Origin: an uncultured Oligoflexus sp.
GTDB taxonomy: Bacteria > Bdellovibrionota_B > Oligoflexia > Oligoflexales > Oligoflexaceae
DNA length: 28,989 nucleotides
NCBI GenBank assembly: GCA_964236955.1
Contig: CAXSGP010000059.1
Span: 1-28,989 of the forward strand
Direction: 5' to 3'
The notes beneath the pieces were generated by a model. The model saw nothing but the letters and a program-made list of their open reading frames with translations, did not search any database and was not told where the DNA came from. Made by a program: the position numbers and the translations under genes. Below, in pieces: positions 1-8,363 of this stretch (the first letter of the stretch is position 1; each line of letters starts with the position of its first letter).

Positions 1-187
1 GCGTTACTGGGGATGTTCGACGTTGGCGTAGCCAAACGTCAACAGCCCCTAATTGGATGGAGGCCGGGTGAATATAAAAGTTGGCTTCTCGTCAGCTCAG
101 GTCTTTCTTTCAAGGCCCATCGAAAAAGTTTATGATTGTCCAACGCCGATTCTATCGATTCGGCAACCCCAGCGAGGAAGTGCACAC

Positions 188-973
188 ATGGATTCTTATC
201 TTAAAGTCGAAAAACGGGAATCGGGATATGTCGTTCTCAGCATAGGCCGGGAACCCGTGAACTCGATGAACCTCGACCTTTGGCGTCAACTGTCAGACCA
301 GCTGGATCAACTTGAAAAAAATTCCAGCGTCCGCGGCCTTATCTTTCGTTCTGGCCTGCAAAAGGACATCTTCACGGCTGGCAACGACATTATGGAGCTT
401 TATGCCCCTAAAACCTCAGCGGAACGCTACCAGGATTTTTGGGTCACTCAGAATAGCTTCTTTGCCCGACTCTACCGCTCCCGTCTCGTTACGGTTGCCG
501 CTATCCGGGGCGCTTGCCCTGCAGGTGGTTGCGCCCTGGCTCTTTGCTGCGACTATCGAGTGATGACGGACTTCGGAAACATCGGTCTCAATGAGGTGGC
601 CTTAGGTATCCCGGTCCCAGCTTACTGGGCGCAATTGATGCTTCGGACAGTTGGTCAGAGGATAGCGGAAAAACTTCTGCCCTACGGCCTGCTGGCTACG
701 GCGGACGAGGCGCTGCGCTACGGCCTTGTGGATCAATTGAGCCCGGCTGCGCAACTGGACAAAACCGCAGAGGACGTTATGGGCCAGATGCTGAAGGCCC
801 CGGATGGTGCCCGTCATGCGACCAAATCCCATCTTCGCAAAAGCTTTTCCGACGAATGGCAGGACTTTGCCCCCAAGGAAGCTGAGCAGGCTTGGGGCAT
901 GCTGAATCACCCTAAGACCATTGCCAGCTTGGAAGGGGTATTGGCGAGACTTTCAAAAGGCAAAAAAGACTAA
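188..973 (+). CDS. Enoyl-CoA hydratase/isomerase (crotonase) family, delta3-delta2-enoyl-CoA isomerase-like
   Basis: Crotonase motifs FTAGND, AAIRGACPAGGCALALCCDYR, IGLNEVALG; start moved from 53 to ATG 188, preceded by GAGGA. Confidence 0.9.
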   Translation: MDSYLKVEKRESGYVVLSIGREPVNSMNLDLWRQLSDQLDQLEKNSSVRGLIFRSGLQKDIFTAGNDIMELYAPKTSAERYQDFWVTQNSFFARLYRSRLVTVAAIRGACPAGGCALALCCDYRVMTDFGNIGLNEVALGIPVPAYWAQLMLRTVGQRIAEKLLPYGLLATADEALRYGLVDQLSPAAQLDKTAEDVMGQMLKAPDGARHATKSHLRKSFSDEWQDFAPKEAEQAWGMLNHPKTIASLEGVLARLSKGKKD

Positions 974-1240
974 TATCAATCAACTGCCTGCTTTCGAAGC
1001 CAATAGGAGTGCATCGGAGCACTTGCAATTGTTCGTCTCTCGATTTCTAGGGATTGACCGGGGTCCGGATGGGCGACCCTATAAGGGTAGACCTTTCACG
1101 CCCGCCTTGCCCTCGAGGCTTTTGCTTCTTGTCCATGGAGGGGGTACCCACGCACCCCCTCTACTCACGAATGCTTAAACCTCAGGGCTCCGGATTCGTT
1201 TGGGTTTTTGAGCTAAAAATGTAAGGAGCCGGGTCCCGTC

Positions 1241-3007
1241 TCAATGAAGGTTGTTGTGCCCAATCATTTCGGTCACTTTTCGAACCAGCTGATATGCGTT
1301 CACCGGCTTGGCCATGTGATCACTGCATCCAGCCGTAAGTGCTTTTTGACGTTCTTCTTTCATAGCCAGCGCGCTTAGCGCGAGTATCGGCTTTTTAAAA
1401 CCATTTCTTCGAAGTTCAAACGCTGCATCGAACCCATCCTTTTGAGGCATTTGAAGGTCCATCAAAATTATGTCGTACTTTTTGTCCATTACCTTCATTA
1501 TTGCTTCATTGCCGTCCGAGGCAGTATCCACTTTTGCTCCGTGCCCCTGAAGCAACGCAGTGAAAAGCATTAAATTATCACCGGCATCGTCAACTAGCAG
1601 GACGGAAGCGCCGCTTAACTCAGTGAAGGAAACATCAGAGTTGGGCTCTCCATATGCAGAATTTTGACCTGTAGTGAATTCCGCAAGGATCGTCACATTA
1701 AAAGAAGATCCTTTACCACGTTCGCTCCATAGCAGTATGACATCGCCGCCCATGGCGACCGCAATTCGTTTCGACAAAGCGAGGCCTAGACCACTGCCTC
1801 CGTATTTTCTTGTCGTTGAGTTGTCAGCTTGAGTAAAAGGTTGGAATAACCTGGCTTGTTCATCGGGCGTTATCCCACGCCCCGTATCGGTAATACTGAA
1901 TACAATTTTGTTTAAGTCAGGTGCTTCGGATTTTCTTACCTCAACAACTACCTTACCTTGGTCGGTAAATTTAAAAGCATTGCTGACAATATTGAATATA
2001 ATTTGTTTTAAGCGATAGGGGTCTGAAATAATATTTTCAGGGAGATTGTTTGCGACTTCAATAGTGAAACCTATGTCCTTATCCCGCGCTTGTGATGCGA
2101 AGGCGGCTTTCACATCCGCTAAAAGCGAAGGCAACGAAAACTCATGGCTCTCTAGGGCGATTTTTCCTTCCTCAACCTTTGAAAGATCTAATATATCATC
2201 GATCAGATGCGTAAGCAGCTGACCATTTTTTCTGATAGTGGAAAAATACAGATCGCGATCGCCATCGCTGTTTTCAGTTGTGGCGAGAAGCTCTGCAAAG
2301 CCGAGGATCACTCCAAGCGGGGTCCGGATTTCATGGCTCATATTAGCTAAAAACTGACTCTTTGCAGTATTGGCTGCGCACACTTCATCGTTTTGTTTTT
2401 GAACCTGCAAGGCTTTTATTTGAGCCAGCTTTTCGCTCTCTATGAGCTTTTGCTGTTTTTTAATGATGAAGTCTCTATCCATTGACATAGAAAGTCTATT
2501 TGCCATCGCATTGATCAGACCGAGCGATGTTTCACCGACCGAATGGATACTATGAATTTGCAATATTCCAAATATCTGAGAGTTTCCAACCTTTAGCGGA
2601 ATTGCTACATGATGACCGTGATCTTCAACAGGAAGCACTTTGACAAAATCGTTGATCAAAGACAGTTCATGCCTCGAAATTTCCGTTTCAGGTTGTGAGG
2701 TTTTACTCCCAAATGTTCCAACTAAATAATCTAGGGTGTTTTTCGCAGACTCAATCGAACGTCCTAAAATCTCAAGGTCAGGATTCTCGCTATGCCAAGC
2801 GTTAATCGTCATATTTCCGTAAAGCCTTTGGATTACAATGATCGAATACATGGGTATATATTTGACAATACACCGCAAGGCTTTAGGTACTGTACCCTCG
2901 ACGCTCTCAAATGCATCAAGTTGATTCGTTAGCTCGTTTAGGCAACCCACTATTTCGTGGGTCGCATAAGAACCTATATTTTTATGAATGCTAGCTGAAT
3001 GGTGCAT
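1241..3007 (-). CDS. Hybrid sensor histidine kinase/response regulator (GAF-like N-terminus, HisKA, HATPase, REC)
   Basis: H-box FLANMSHEIRTPL, N-box NIVSNAFKFT, G-boxes DTGRG and GSGLGL, receiver LLVDD...LMDLQMP...AKP; no obvious TM segment; ATG 3007 follows AGGAG. Confidence 0.93.
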   Translation of the reverse strand: MHHSASIHKNIGSYATHEIVGCLNELTNQLDAFESVEGTVPKALRCIVKYIPMYSIIVIQRLYGNMTINAWHSENPDLEILGRSIESAKNTLDYLVGTFGSKTSQPETEISRHELSLINDFVKVLPVEDHGHHVAIPLKVGNSQIFGILQIHSIHSVGETSLGLINAMANRLSMSMDRDFIIKKQQKLIESEKLAQIKALQVQKQNDEVCAANTAKSQFLANMSHEIRTPLGVILGFAELLATTENSDGDRDLYFSTIRKNGQLLTHLIDDILDLSKVEEGKIALESHEFSLPSLLADVKAAFASQARDKDIGFTIEVANNLPENIISDPYRLKQIIFNIVSNAFKFTDQGKVVVEVRKSEAPDLNKIVFSITDTGRGITPDEQARLFQPFTQADNSTTRKYGGSGLGLALSKRIAVAMGGDVILLWSERGKGSSFNVTILAEFTTGQNSAYGEPNSDVSFTELSGASVLLVDDAGDNLMLFTALLQGHGAKVDTASDGNEAIMKVMDKKYDIILMDLQMPQKDGFDAAFELRRNGFKKPILALSALAMKEERQKALTAGCSDHMAKPVNAYQLVRKVTEMIGHNNLH

Positions 3008-3053
3008 ATTCACTCCTGGACTTCCTAATACCTCTTTAATTTAAGCATTCAAT

Positions 3054-4502
3054 CTAGACGGGATTTCCTACAGGGCCCTCCATGAGAGGTATTTCTGATT
3101 TTTGGTCGTCTTTAATGCCATCCTTTCCGATGGTCATACGATGGTTTCCCAGTATGTGATCCGTGCTTCTCAGTTTGCAAACCTCAATGTATCGCTGTCG
3201 GGATCGACCATCTTTTTTTGCGGAAAGAAAAATCAATCCATCCACAAGACCTTCTTCGCCCGCAAACGGCGCTACCTTTTTTCCTCGACTAGCCGCATCA
3301 CCGGCCATGAGGCATACTGCATTCGCATTCTGCACAATGGTCACTATCTGATAAACTTTTTCTCGCGATAATTGTGGATTCGTGACCTTATAGAGAAAGC
3401 TCGAAATCGAATCGATAGCTATGCGCTTATAGGAGTGGGCTATCATTTTCTCTTGAACTTCAATAAGCTGCGCCTCGACCATGATTTCAGGTTGAGGCAC
3501 GTAAAGGATATCAATCAATCCCTGTTTAACTGCGGCCCTAAAATCCCAACCCAAACTCCTGGCCATCATGTATAAACGTTCTTCGGGTTCCTGAAATGAA
3601 ATGAATAAGCCTTTTTCACCTTGCTCCAATGCCCCACGATAAAGGAATTCAAGAAGTAAAATCGTCTTGCCCGTCCCTGACCGTCCGGCAACAATCAGGG
3701 TGGAACCACGAGGTATTCCAGGCCCCAGAAGGCTATCAAGTATGGCAATGCCCGTTTTTACCCGTGTCTCATTCGCTTCCAGGACTTCTTCGTGAGCTTT
3801 ACGCTTCAAAGTTATTCGCGGCGCATAAATTTCAATCCCACGATCACTAACGACGAATGCCTGCTTATCTCGGTTGTGAGCAGCACCTCGCAACTTGATA
3901 ACCTGTAAAAAGCGCACGTGCTCCCCGGAAATTTCCTCCTGCGACATCATCAGAATGCCGTCCACAATGGAGAACAGTGGATTGGTTTTGATTTCATCCA
4001 TTCCAAATTCGCCCAAAAGTAGCGCCGTAGACTCCCAGGCGATGAGATTGATCAGGAGATTATAGGTAAATTTACGCAAGTCCTCCTTACTTCCAGCCAA
4101 ATCGTCAAAAGCCCTAAAGCTGTCGATCACGGTCAAAAATGGAGTTTCTTTTTTTACGTGCTCCATAATTAAAGTTAACGAAGCATCAAGACCCTTCGTT
4201 TTTAATAAAACACCTAAATCTATAAACTTTACCGAATCCTTAAGTTTTTCTGCGTCGAAGTATTTGAACTGCTGCAAGTAAAGTAAAGTTTTAACGGTAG
4301 GCTCGGAGAGCGTTTGGATGAAAAGGACCTTTTTGCCTTCAGACGCGTTATAAAATCCTATTTCCTGTGATAGGATTGTCTTTGCCGACCCCGGAGGACC
4401 TCCAACAACGATAATGCTACTTTTTGGAATTCCCCCCCCCAGTATAGCATCGAGGTTCCTAACACCAGTAGGTATGCGTTTAATCGATGGATTGTTGCTC
4501 AT
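3054..4502 (-). CDS. KaiC-like / RAD55-family double-domain RecA-superfamily ATPase
   Basis: Two repeats of TG..LD..LG.GIP, Walker A GPPGSAKT and GRSGTGKT, Walker B VIDS and AIDS, Arg-finger KLRG and KLRS. Confidence 0.92.
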   Translation of the reverse strand: MSNNPSIKRIPTGVRNLDAILGGGIPKSSIIVVGGPPGSAKTILSQEIGFYNASEGKKVLFIQTLSEPTVKTLLYLQQFKYFDAEKLKDSVKFIDLGVLLKTKGLDASLTLIMEHVKKETPFLTVIDSFRAFDDLAGSKEDLRKFTYNLLINLIAWESTALLLGEFGMDEIKTNPLFSIVDGILMMSQEEISGEHVRFLQVIKLRGAAHNRDKQAFVVSDRGIEIYAPRITLKRKAHEEVLEANETRVKTGIAILDSLLGPGIPRGSTLIVAGRSGTGKTILLLEFLYRGALEQGEKGLFISFQEPEERLYMMARSLGWDFRAAVKQGLIDILYVPQPEIMVEAQLIEVQEKMIAHSYKRIAIDSISSFLYKVTNPQLSREKVYQIVTIVQNANAVCLMAGDAASRGKKVAPFAGEEGLVDGLIFLSAKKDGRSRQRYIEVCKLRSTDHILGNHRMTIGKDGIKDDQKSEIPLMEGPVGNPV

Positions 4503-4969
4503 TCCCGATCTTCCTCTTTTTTCTTCCTATTAGGGTCTGCATGACGCTCTGCATTCAAGTCTGGGGAAATAACTTCTGCATGATTCACTTTGGTTAGTTC
4601 GTCTTGGAGCTGTCTTGTTATAGCATTAGCAGTCAAATTACCCTGCACGATTAAAAGGTCAGTGAGTAGGATTTTTAATCCAGTGCTAAAATCCTGCTCT
4701 GAAATGCCATCTGAATTCAATTTATCAAGTGCAAAACCTTTGGAACCAAGGGTAATATTAGCCAGCCAGGGATAGGAACTTGTAGCGCCAATCAGAACAC
4801 GGTCGAATATTGCGGAAAGGGTGATCTCACCAAGTGTCACAAAAGATCTCTCCCAGAAAGCATCAAAAGCAAGTCGAAAAATATTATGGATTTGATTTTT
4901 AGACTGATAAGTTATTTTTTGTTTCATCCAATCGGCGACGAAAGCAACATGGTCGATTTCTTGCGCCAT
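4499..4969 (-). CDS. Hypothetical helical protein coupled to the KaiC-like ATPase
   Basis: 156-aa ORF, ATG after AGGA; its TGA overlaps the ATPase ATG (ATGA at 4499-4502). Confidence 0.8.
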   Translation of the reverse strand: MAQEIDHVAFVADWMKQKITYQSKNQIHNIFRLAFDAFWERSFVTLGEITLSAIFDRVLIGATSSYPWLANITLGSKGFALDKLNSDGISEQDFSTGLKILLTDLLIVQGNLTANAITRQLQDELTKVNHAEVISPDLNAERHADPNRKKKEEDRE

Positions 4970-5527
4970 GAAAATTCATCCTGTCTATGTCGTGATGGGA
5001 TGTGGACAACGAATTGATCACATACATCGATTTCGGCGTACAATACCTGCTTTGGTCAATCTAGCCAGTTGATAAATCGGTTTCTATGTCTCATTTCAAT
5101 CTCAGCCCGATTAACAATCCTACAGAAATTTAACCAATTATAATGATAGGGTTATTTTGAATTTATTTTTTTGATGCCTTTTTATCCAATAGTTACAAAA
5201 CCTTTTTAAGGTTTTTTAACGGCATTTGAACCCTTTTCCCTTCATTCCTTTCGCTATCGAAATGAGTCCCCAGGAGCAATGGACATAATATCTTTAACAC
5301 GATAATATTATTGACCAATAATGGACTTTATGCAGATGGACCTAGATCGGCCTATTATTGTTGGGGTGGCATCGACCCGGCAATCCCAGTCGAAAGTGGC
5401 TACACCTTCAGATATCCACTCTATCTTAGGCTGTGGAAGGCAAAACCTAGGAAGCTGTAGCTTGTGAAGAGGATGCAGCAAGGTGCTGGGTTCGATAGGA
5501 GAGCGGGGTATACAGGTGGGGATTGCC

Positions 5528-5671
5528 GCGACCAATAAAGCGGACAGCGTCACCTTCGAGAGGATTAAGGCCTAAGCTATAAGGCTCGGCTAGCAAGCCC
5601 CAGGGGCCTCAGCGAAAATCTACTTTGTAACGAGCGAGCCAAATTCCACGGATCGATGATACTGCGATCAT
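5528..5671 (-). pseudogene. tnpB: IS66 accessory protein TnpB (Orf2) fragment
   Basis: Manual translation MIAVSSIRGIWLARYKVDFR*GPWGLLAEPYSLGLNPLEGDAVRFIGR matches the IS66 Orf2 pattern IWLA..VDFR.G..GL....L..P..G....F.GR; in-frame TGA at 5611-5609; similarity ends near 5528. Confidence 0.8.
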
Positions 5672-6010
5672 GCGCTGGCCCGAATCTTTGCAAGAGGAAT
5701 AACGATAGCTTATCTTCGTCAAGTTCAATCCACACTTGCTCTCCTAAAAAAATCCGAACCTTCGCCATTGATTGAGGCGCAGATACATCAATACGTTTGA
5801 AATTGTTCACCGGAATGTTTTGTTGCCAAGACTGTAGGAAGCCACCGAGATTGCCGTCGCCCGACTAAACTCGCCGAACTGCATCCCACGCTTCATGAGT
5901 TCGGCCATTTTCTGCTTAAAAACGTCTGGATAGCGTCGACCACGGCCACGAGCCGGAGAGCCATGTTGTTCTTTTAATAGTTCAAGTTCTCTTAGGATTT
6001 CAATTTTCAC
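5668..6010 (-). pseudogene. tnpA: IS66 TnpA-like HTH protein, frameshifted
   Basis: RRYPDVFKQKMAELMKRG...SRATAISVAS continues in another frame near 5837 as LQSWQQNIPVNNFKRIDV...VRIFLGEQVWIEL; a second shift near 5688 gives IRASA* overlapping the tnpB ATG. Confidence 0.7.
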
Positions 6011-6319
6011 GGAAGGACTTCTCTGTTTTATTCTTGTTTTCAGAATAAACGAGGAGGGTTCAAAAATCCGCAGCCAGCGATAGAGTGCATACGATCTTCT
6101 CATTGTGACGATACTCCCTGTCCTCTTGATCTGTAGCTCGACTGAGCAAAAGCCGTCCTTAAATCTTCATCCGAAATTTATCTGGCCAAATCCTTGCATT
6201 ATCAATTCTGTTGCTTTGAAAAGACAGGCTTGCAAAGCGCGTGATGAAAGATTTCTAAGCACATAGGTATCCATGCATCAGGAGACTTTGCAAAATTGCT
6301 TCATATAAATGGTGAAAAC

Positions 6320-8206
6320 ATGTTGCTATCTGAATCGAAGAGTCCTACAAAAATGTCGAGTTCAACACAATCCATCTTCTCCACCGGTGCCGCTGTGCTT
6401 CTCATGGCGATCGGTATCCACCCTTTCGTAGCCGATGGAAAAGCCAGCACCACTCCAGGAGCGATCAAAAAACAAAATATCGGGGATCTTTCCCCCGGGA
6501 AAAAATACCAGATTGTCTCTCGCCTCAGTGGCAAGTGTATCGATGTATCCGACCAAACAGTCGATGAGGGCATTCAGCTGCAACAATCGAATTGCAATGG
6601 CAAAGCTGGCCAAAAATTTCAAATGCTAAGGGCTCACGGAGAAGGAGAACTGGTAGAAGATTACGCCATCTACCTTGTGAGCCCAATTTCAAATCAATAC
6701 ATTACGGTAGCAGATGGATCGCTAACAAATGGAGGCCTGATCATCCAATACGCCAGCTATGCAGGCAATGCCCCACGGATTAATCTCACTCCATCGCATG
6801 ATGGAAGCTTCACCATAAAATTTGCAAGCAGCGGCAAGTGTTTGGATATCGAAGGGCAGAGGCTCGATGCCGGCGCCATGCTTCAACAGCAGGATTGCCT
6901 TGGGGAAGAAAGCCAAGATTGGCAATTCGTGGAACAGACAGATGGTTTGGGCCAAAAGGCGTGGACGCTAGCGACGAGCAGCTTGTTTAGAGATGCTCAA
7001 AAGGGAATCTACCGCCAGAGCTTTACAGATGATGTCATGATTCTATCAGCGGTCGATAGCGATACGGGCTCGGATCGATGGTCACGATCGTTTCCAACTT
7101 ACGAGAGTTTCTATCCTCTATGCAGCGATGCCTATCACTTTTATGCCTTCGGAAATGGCACGATCACAGCCATCAATCCTAAGGATGGCACCACCCTCTG
7201 GACCTTTGATAGTAACGATACGAGCACCCAACTGAGCTGCATGGACGGCAAGGGCCCGTTATTCGTCATCTCTCATACTGGGAACGGCGAAATCTCTAAA
7301 ATCGATCGAGCCTCCGGCAAGAGACTGTGGGCCTATACCGCGCAAGGCCCGGCATCGGTCCAGGGCCAGCAAGGACAGAATGTGTTACTCACGGTCTCTC
7401 TAAAAGAAACCTCCTCCCTCCTGGCTGTCGATACCAATACAGGCAAGGAAAAATGGTCGAGGCAATGGGCAGATTCCGAATACCTCTCACTCGTACCGGG
7501 CCTTGATGTCACCATTGTCGGCAAAAATTCCGTGGCAAAACTCGATCCCGATACAGGGCATGAACTCTGGACTTATGAAGGCGATGGCAAGAACAGGCTC
7601 TCTCTCGAATGGAACGAAAAATCGCTTTTTTACGTTCGACAGGGCAGTGAAATCAGACGTTTGTCGGATACCGATGGAAGCGTTCTTTGGGCCAGGGCCG
7701 CCAGGCAAAATGAGTTCCATTGGAACTCCTATATCACGACGCTTCAAAGCGGCGAGGTGCTCGTGAGCATGAGTGATAAGCTCGCCAATCAAACCCGCGC
7801 TACCCTTTATGAAGCCGACGGCGCCACGCTTTGGGAAACGGCATTTGAAGCGGTAAATGCTGTACCCAATCTTGATTCTTCGGGAAAGCTTTTTTTTAGG
7901 ACTGAAGATAGCCTGATCGCAATCGATATCAGCAGTGGCGCTGTGCGATGGTCCTTCGCGCGCGAACAGCCTATCGCCGATGAGCATCTTTATACTTTCG
8001 AAACCTTCGGCAGTGATGTTTATCTAACCTACGGCACTAAGCCTGCCCTTTATCCCGCAATGGGCATTATTCGCCTCGATGCTAAAACGGGGGCGCTGCA
8101 GTGGGACGTTTGGACGGGAGAATCGACCTCGCTCATCGGAGTTGATAGAGGTCTTCTCCTTACCAGAAAGGTCATGGACACTGGCATAAACTCTTATAAG
8201 ATATAG
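6320..8206 (+). CDS. Secreted protein with ricin-B lectin domain and PQQ/BamB-like beta-propeller repeats
   Basis: Hydrophobic N-terminal signal-like segment; ricin motifs SGKCIDV...GQKF and SGKCLDI...SQDWQF; repeated A.D..TG...W propeller motifs. Start uncertain (6296/6320/6353). Confidence 0.8.
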   Translation: MLLSESKSPTKMSSSTQSIFSTGAAVLLMAIGIHPFVADGKASTTPGAIKKQNIGDLSPGKKYQIVSRLSGKCIDVSDQTVDEGIQLQQSNCNGKAGQKFQMLRAHGEGELVEDYAIYLVSPISNQYITVADGSLTNGGLIIQYASYAGNAPRINLTPSHDGSFTIKFASSGKCLDIEGQRLDAGAMLQQQDCLGEESQDWQFVEQTDGLGQKAWTLATSSLFRDAQKGIYRQSFTDDVMILSAVDSDTGSDRWSRSFPTYESFYPLCSDAYHFYAFGNGTITAINPKDGTTLWTFDSNDTSTQLSCMDGKGPLFVISHTGNGEISKIDRASGKRLWAYTAQGPASVQGQQGQNVLLTVSLKETSSLLAVDTNTGKEKWSRQWADSEYLSLVPGLDVTIVGKNSVAKLDPDTGHELWTYEGDGKNRLSLEWNEKSLFYVRQGSEIRRLSDTDGSVLWARAARQNEFHWNSYITTLQSGEVLVSMSDKLANQTRATLYEADGATLWETAFEAVNAVPNLDSSGKLFFRTEDSLIAIDISSGAVRWSFAREQPIADEHLYTFETFGSDVYLTYGTKPALYPAMGIIRLDAKTGALQWDVWTGESTSLIGVDRGLLLTRKVMDTGINSYKI

Positions 8207-8222
8207 TTCTTGCCGATTAGAA

Positions 8223-8258
8223 AAGACCCTGAATGAGCCTTCGCTTATTCAGGGTCTT
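8223..8258. terminator. Hairpin, likely bidirectional terminator
   Basis: AAGACCCTGAATGAGC-CTTC-GCTTATTCAGGGTCTT, 16-bp stem with one G-U, between convergent genes. Confidence 0.7.
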
Positions 8259-8363
8259 GACCTTAAAATCCAGGTTCTAAAATTTTAAAGAAAGCAAAAG
8301 AGCTCAGTTTTACCCCGATCTCAGGACAGTCCGCACCCATCCTGCAGATTTATCATCTTCATC

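Larger units (their letters stand above)
5528..6092 (-). mobile_element. Decayed IS66-family element remnant (tnpA and partial tnpB, no tnpC)
   Basis: tnpA-like and tnpB-like fragments overlap by ATGA in IS66 order; possible left end GTATGCAC at 6092 (uncertain). Confidence 0.75.

Noticed and set aside
1138..1168. Group II intron domain VI-like end (GAGGGGG...CCCCCTCTACTC)
   Set aside because: No domain V hairpin upstream and no reverse transcriptase.
3054..4502. Calling this a circadian clock gene kaiC
   Set aside because: No kaiA/kaiB nearby and the C-terminal ST phosphosites are absent.
5262..5278. ERIC-like string ATGAGTCCCCAGGAGC
   Set aside because: Short isolated match without the rest of the ERIC hairpin.
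5528..5671. RNA-guided TnpB nuclease
   Set aside because: This is the unrelated IS66 accessory TnpB; there is no RuvC or Zn finger.
5308..6103. ORFs 5308-5553, 5577-5810 and 5807-6103 as intact genes
   Set aside because: The last two are pieces of frameshifted IS66 tnpA; the first has no recognisable features.
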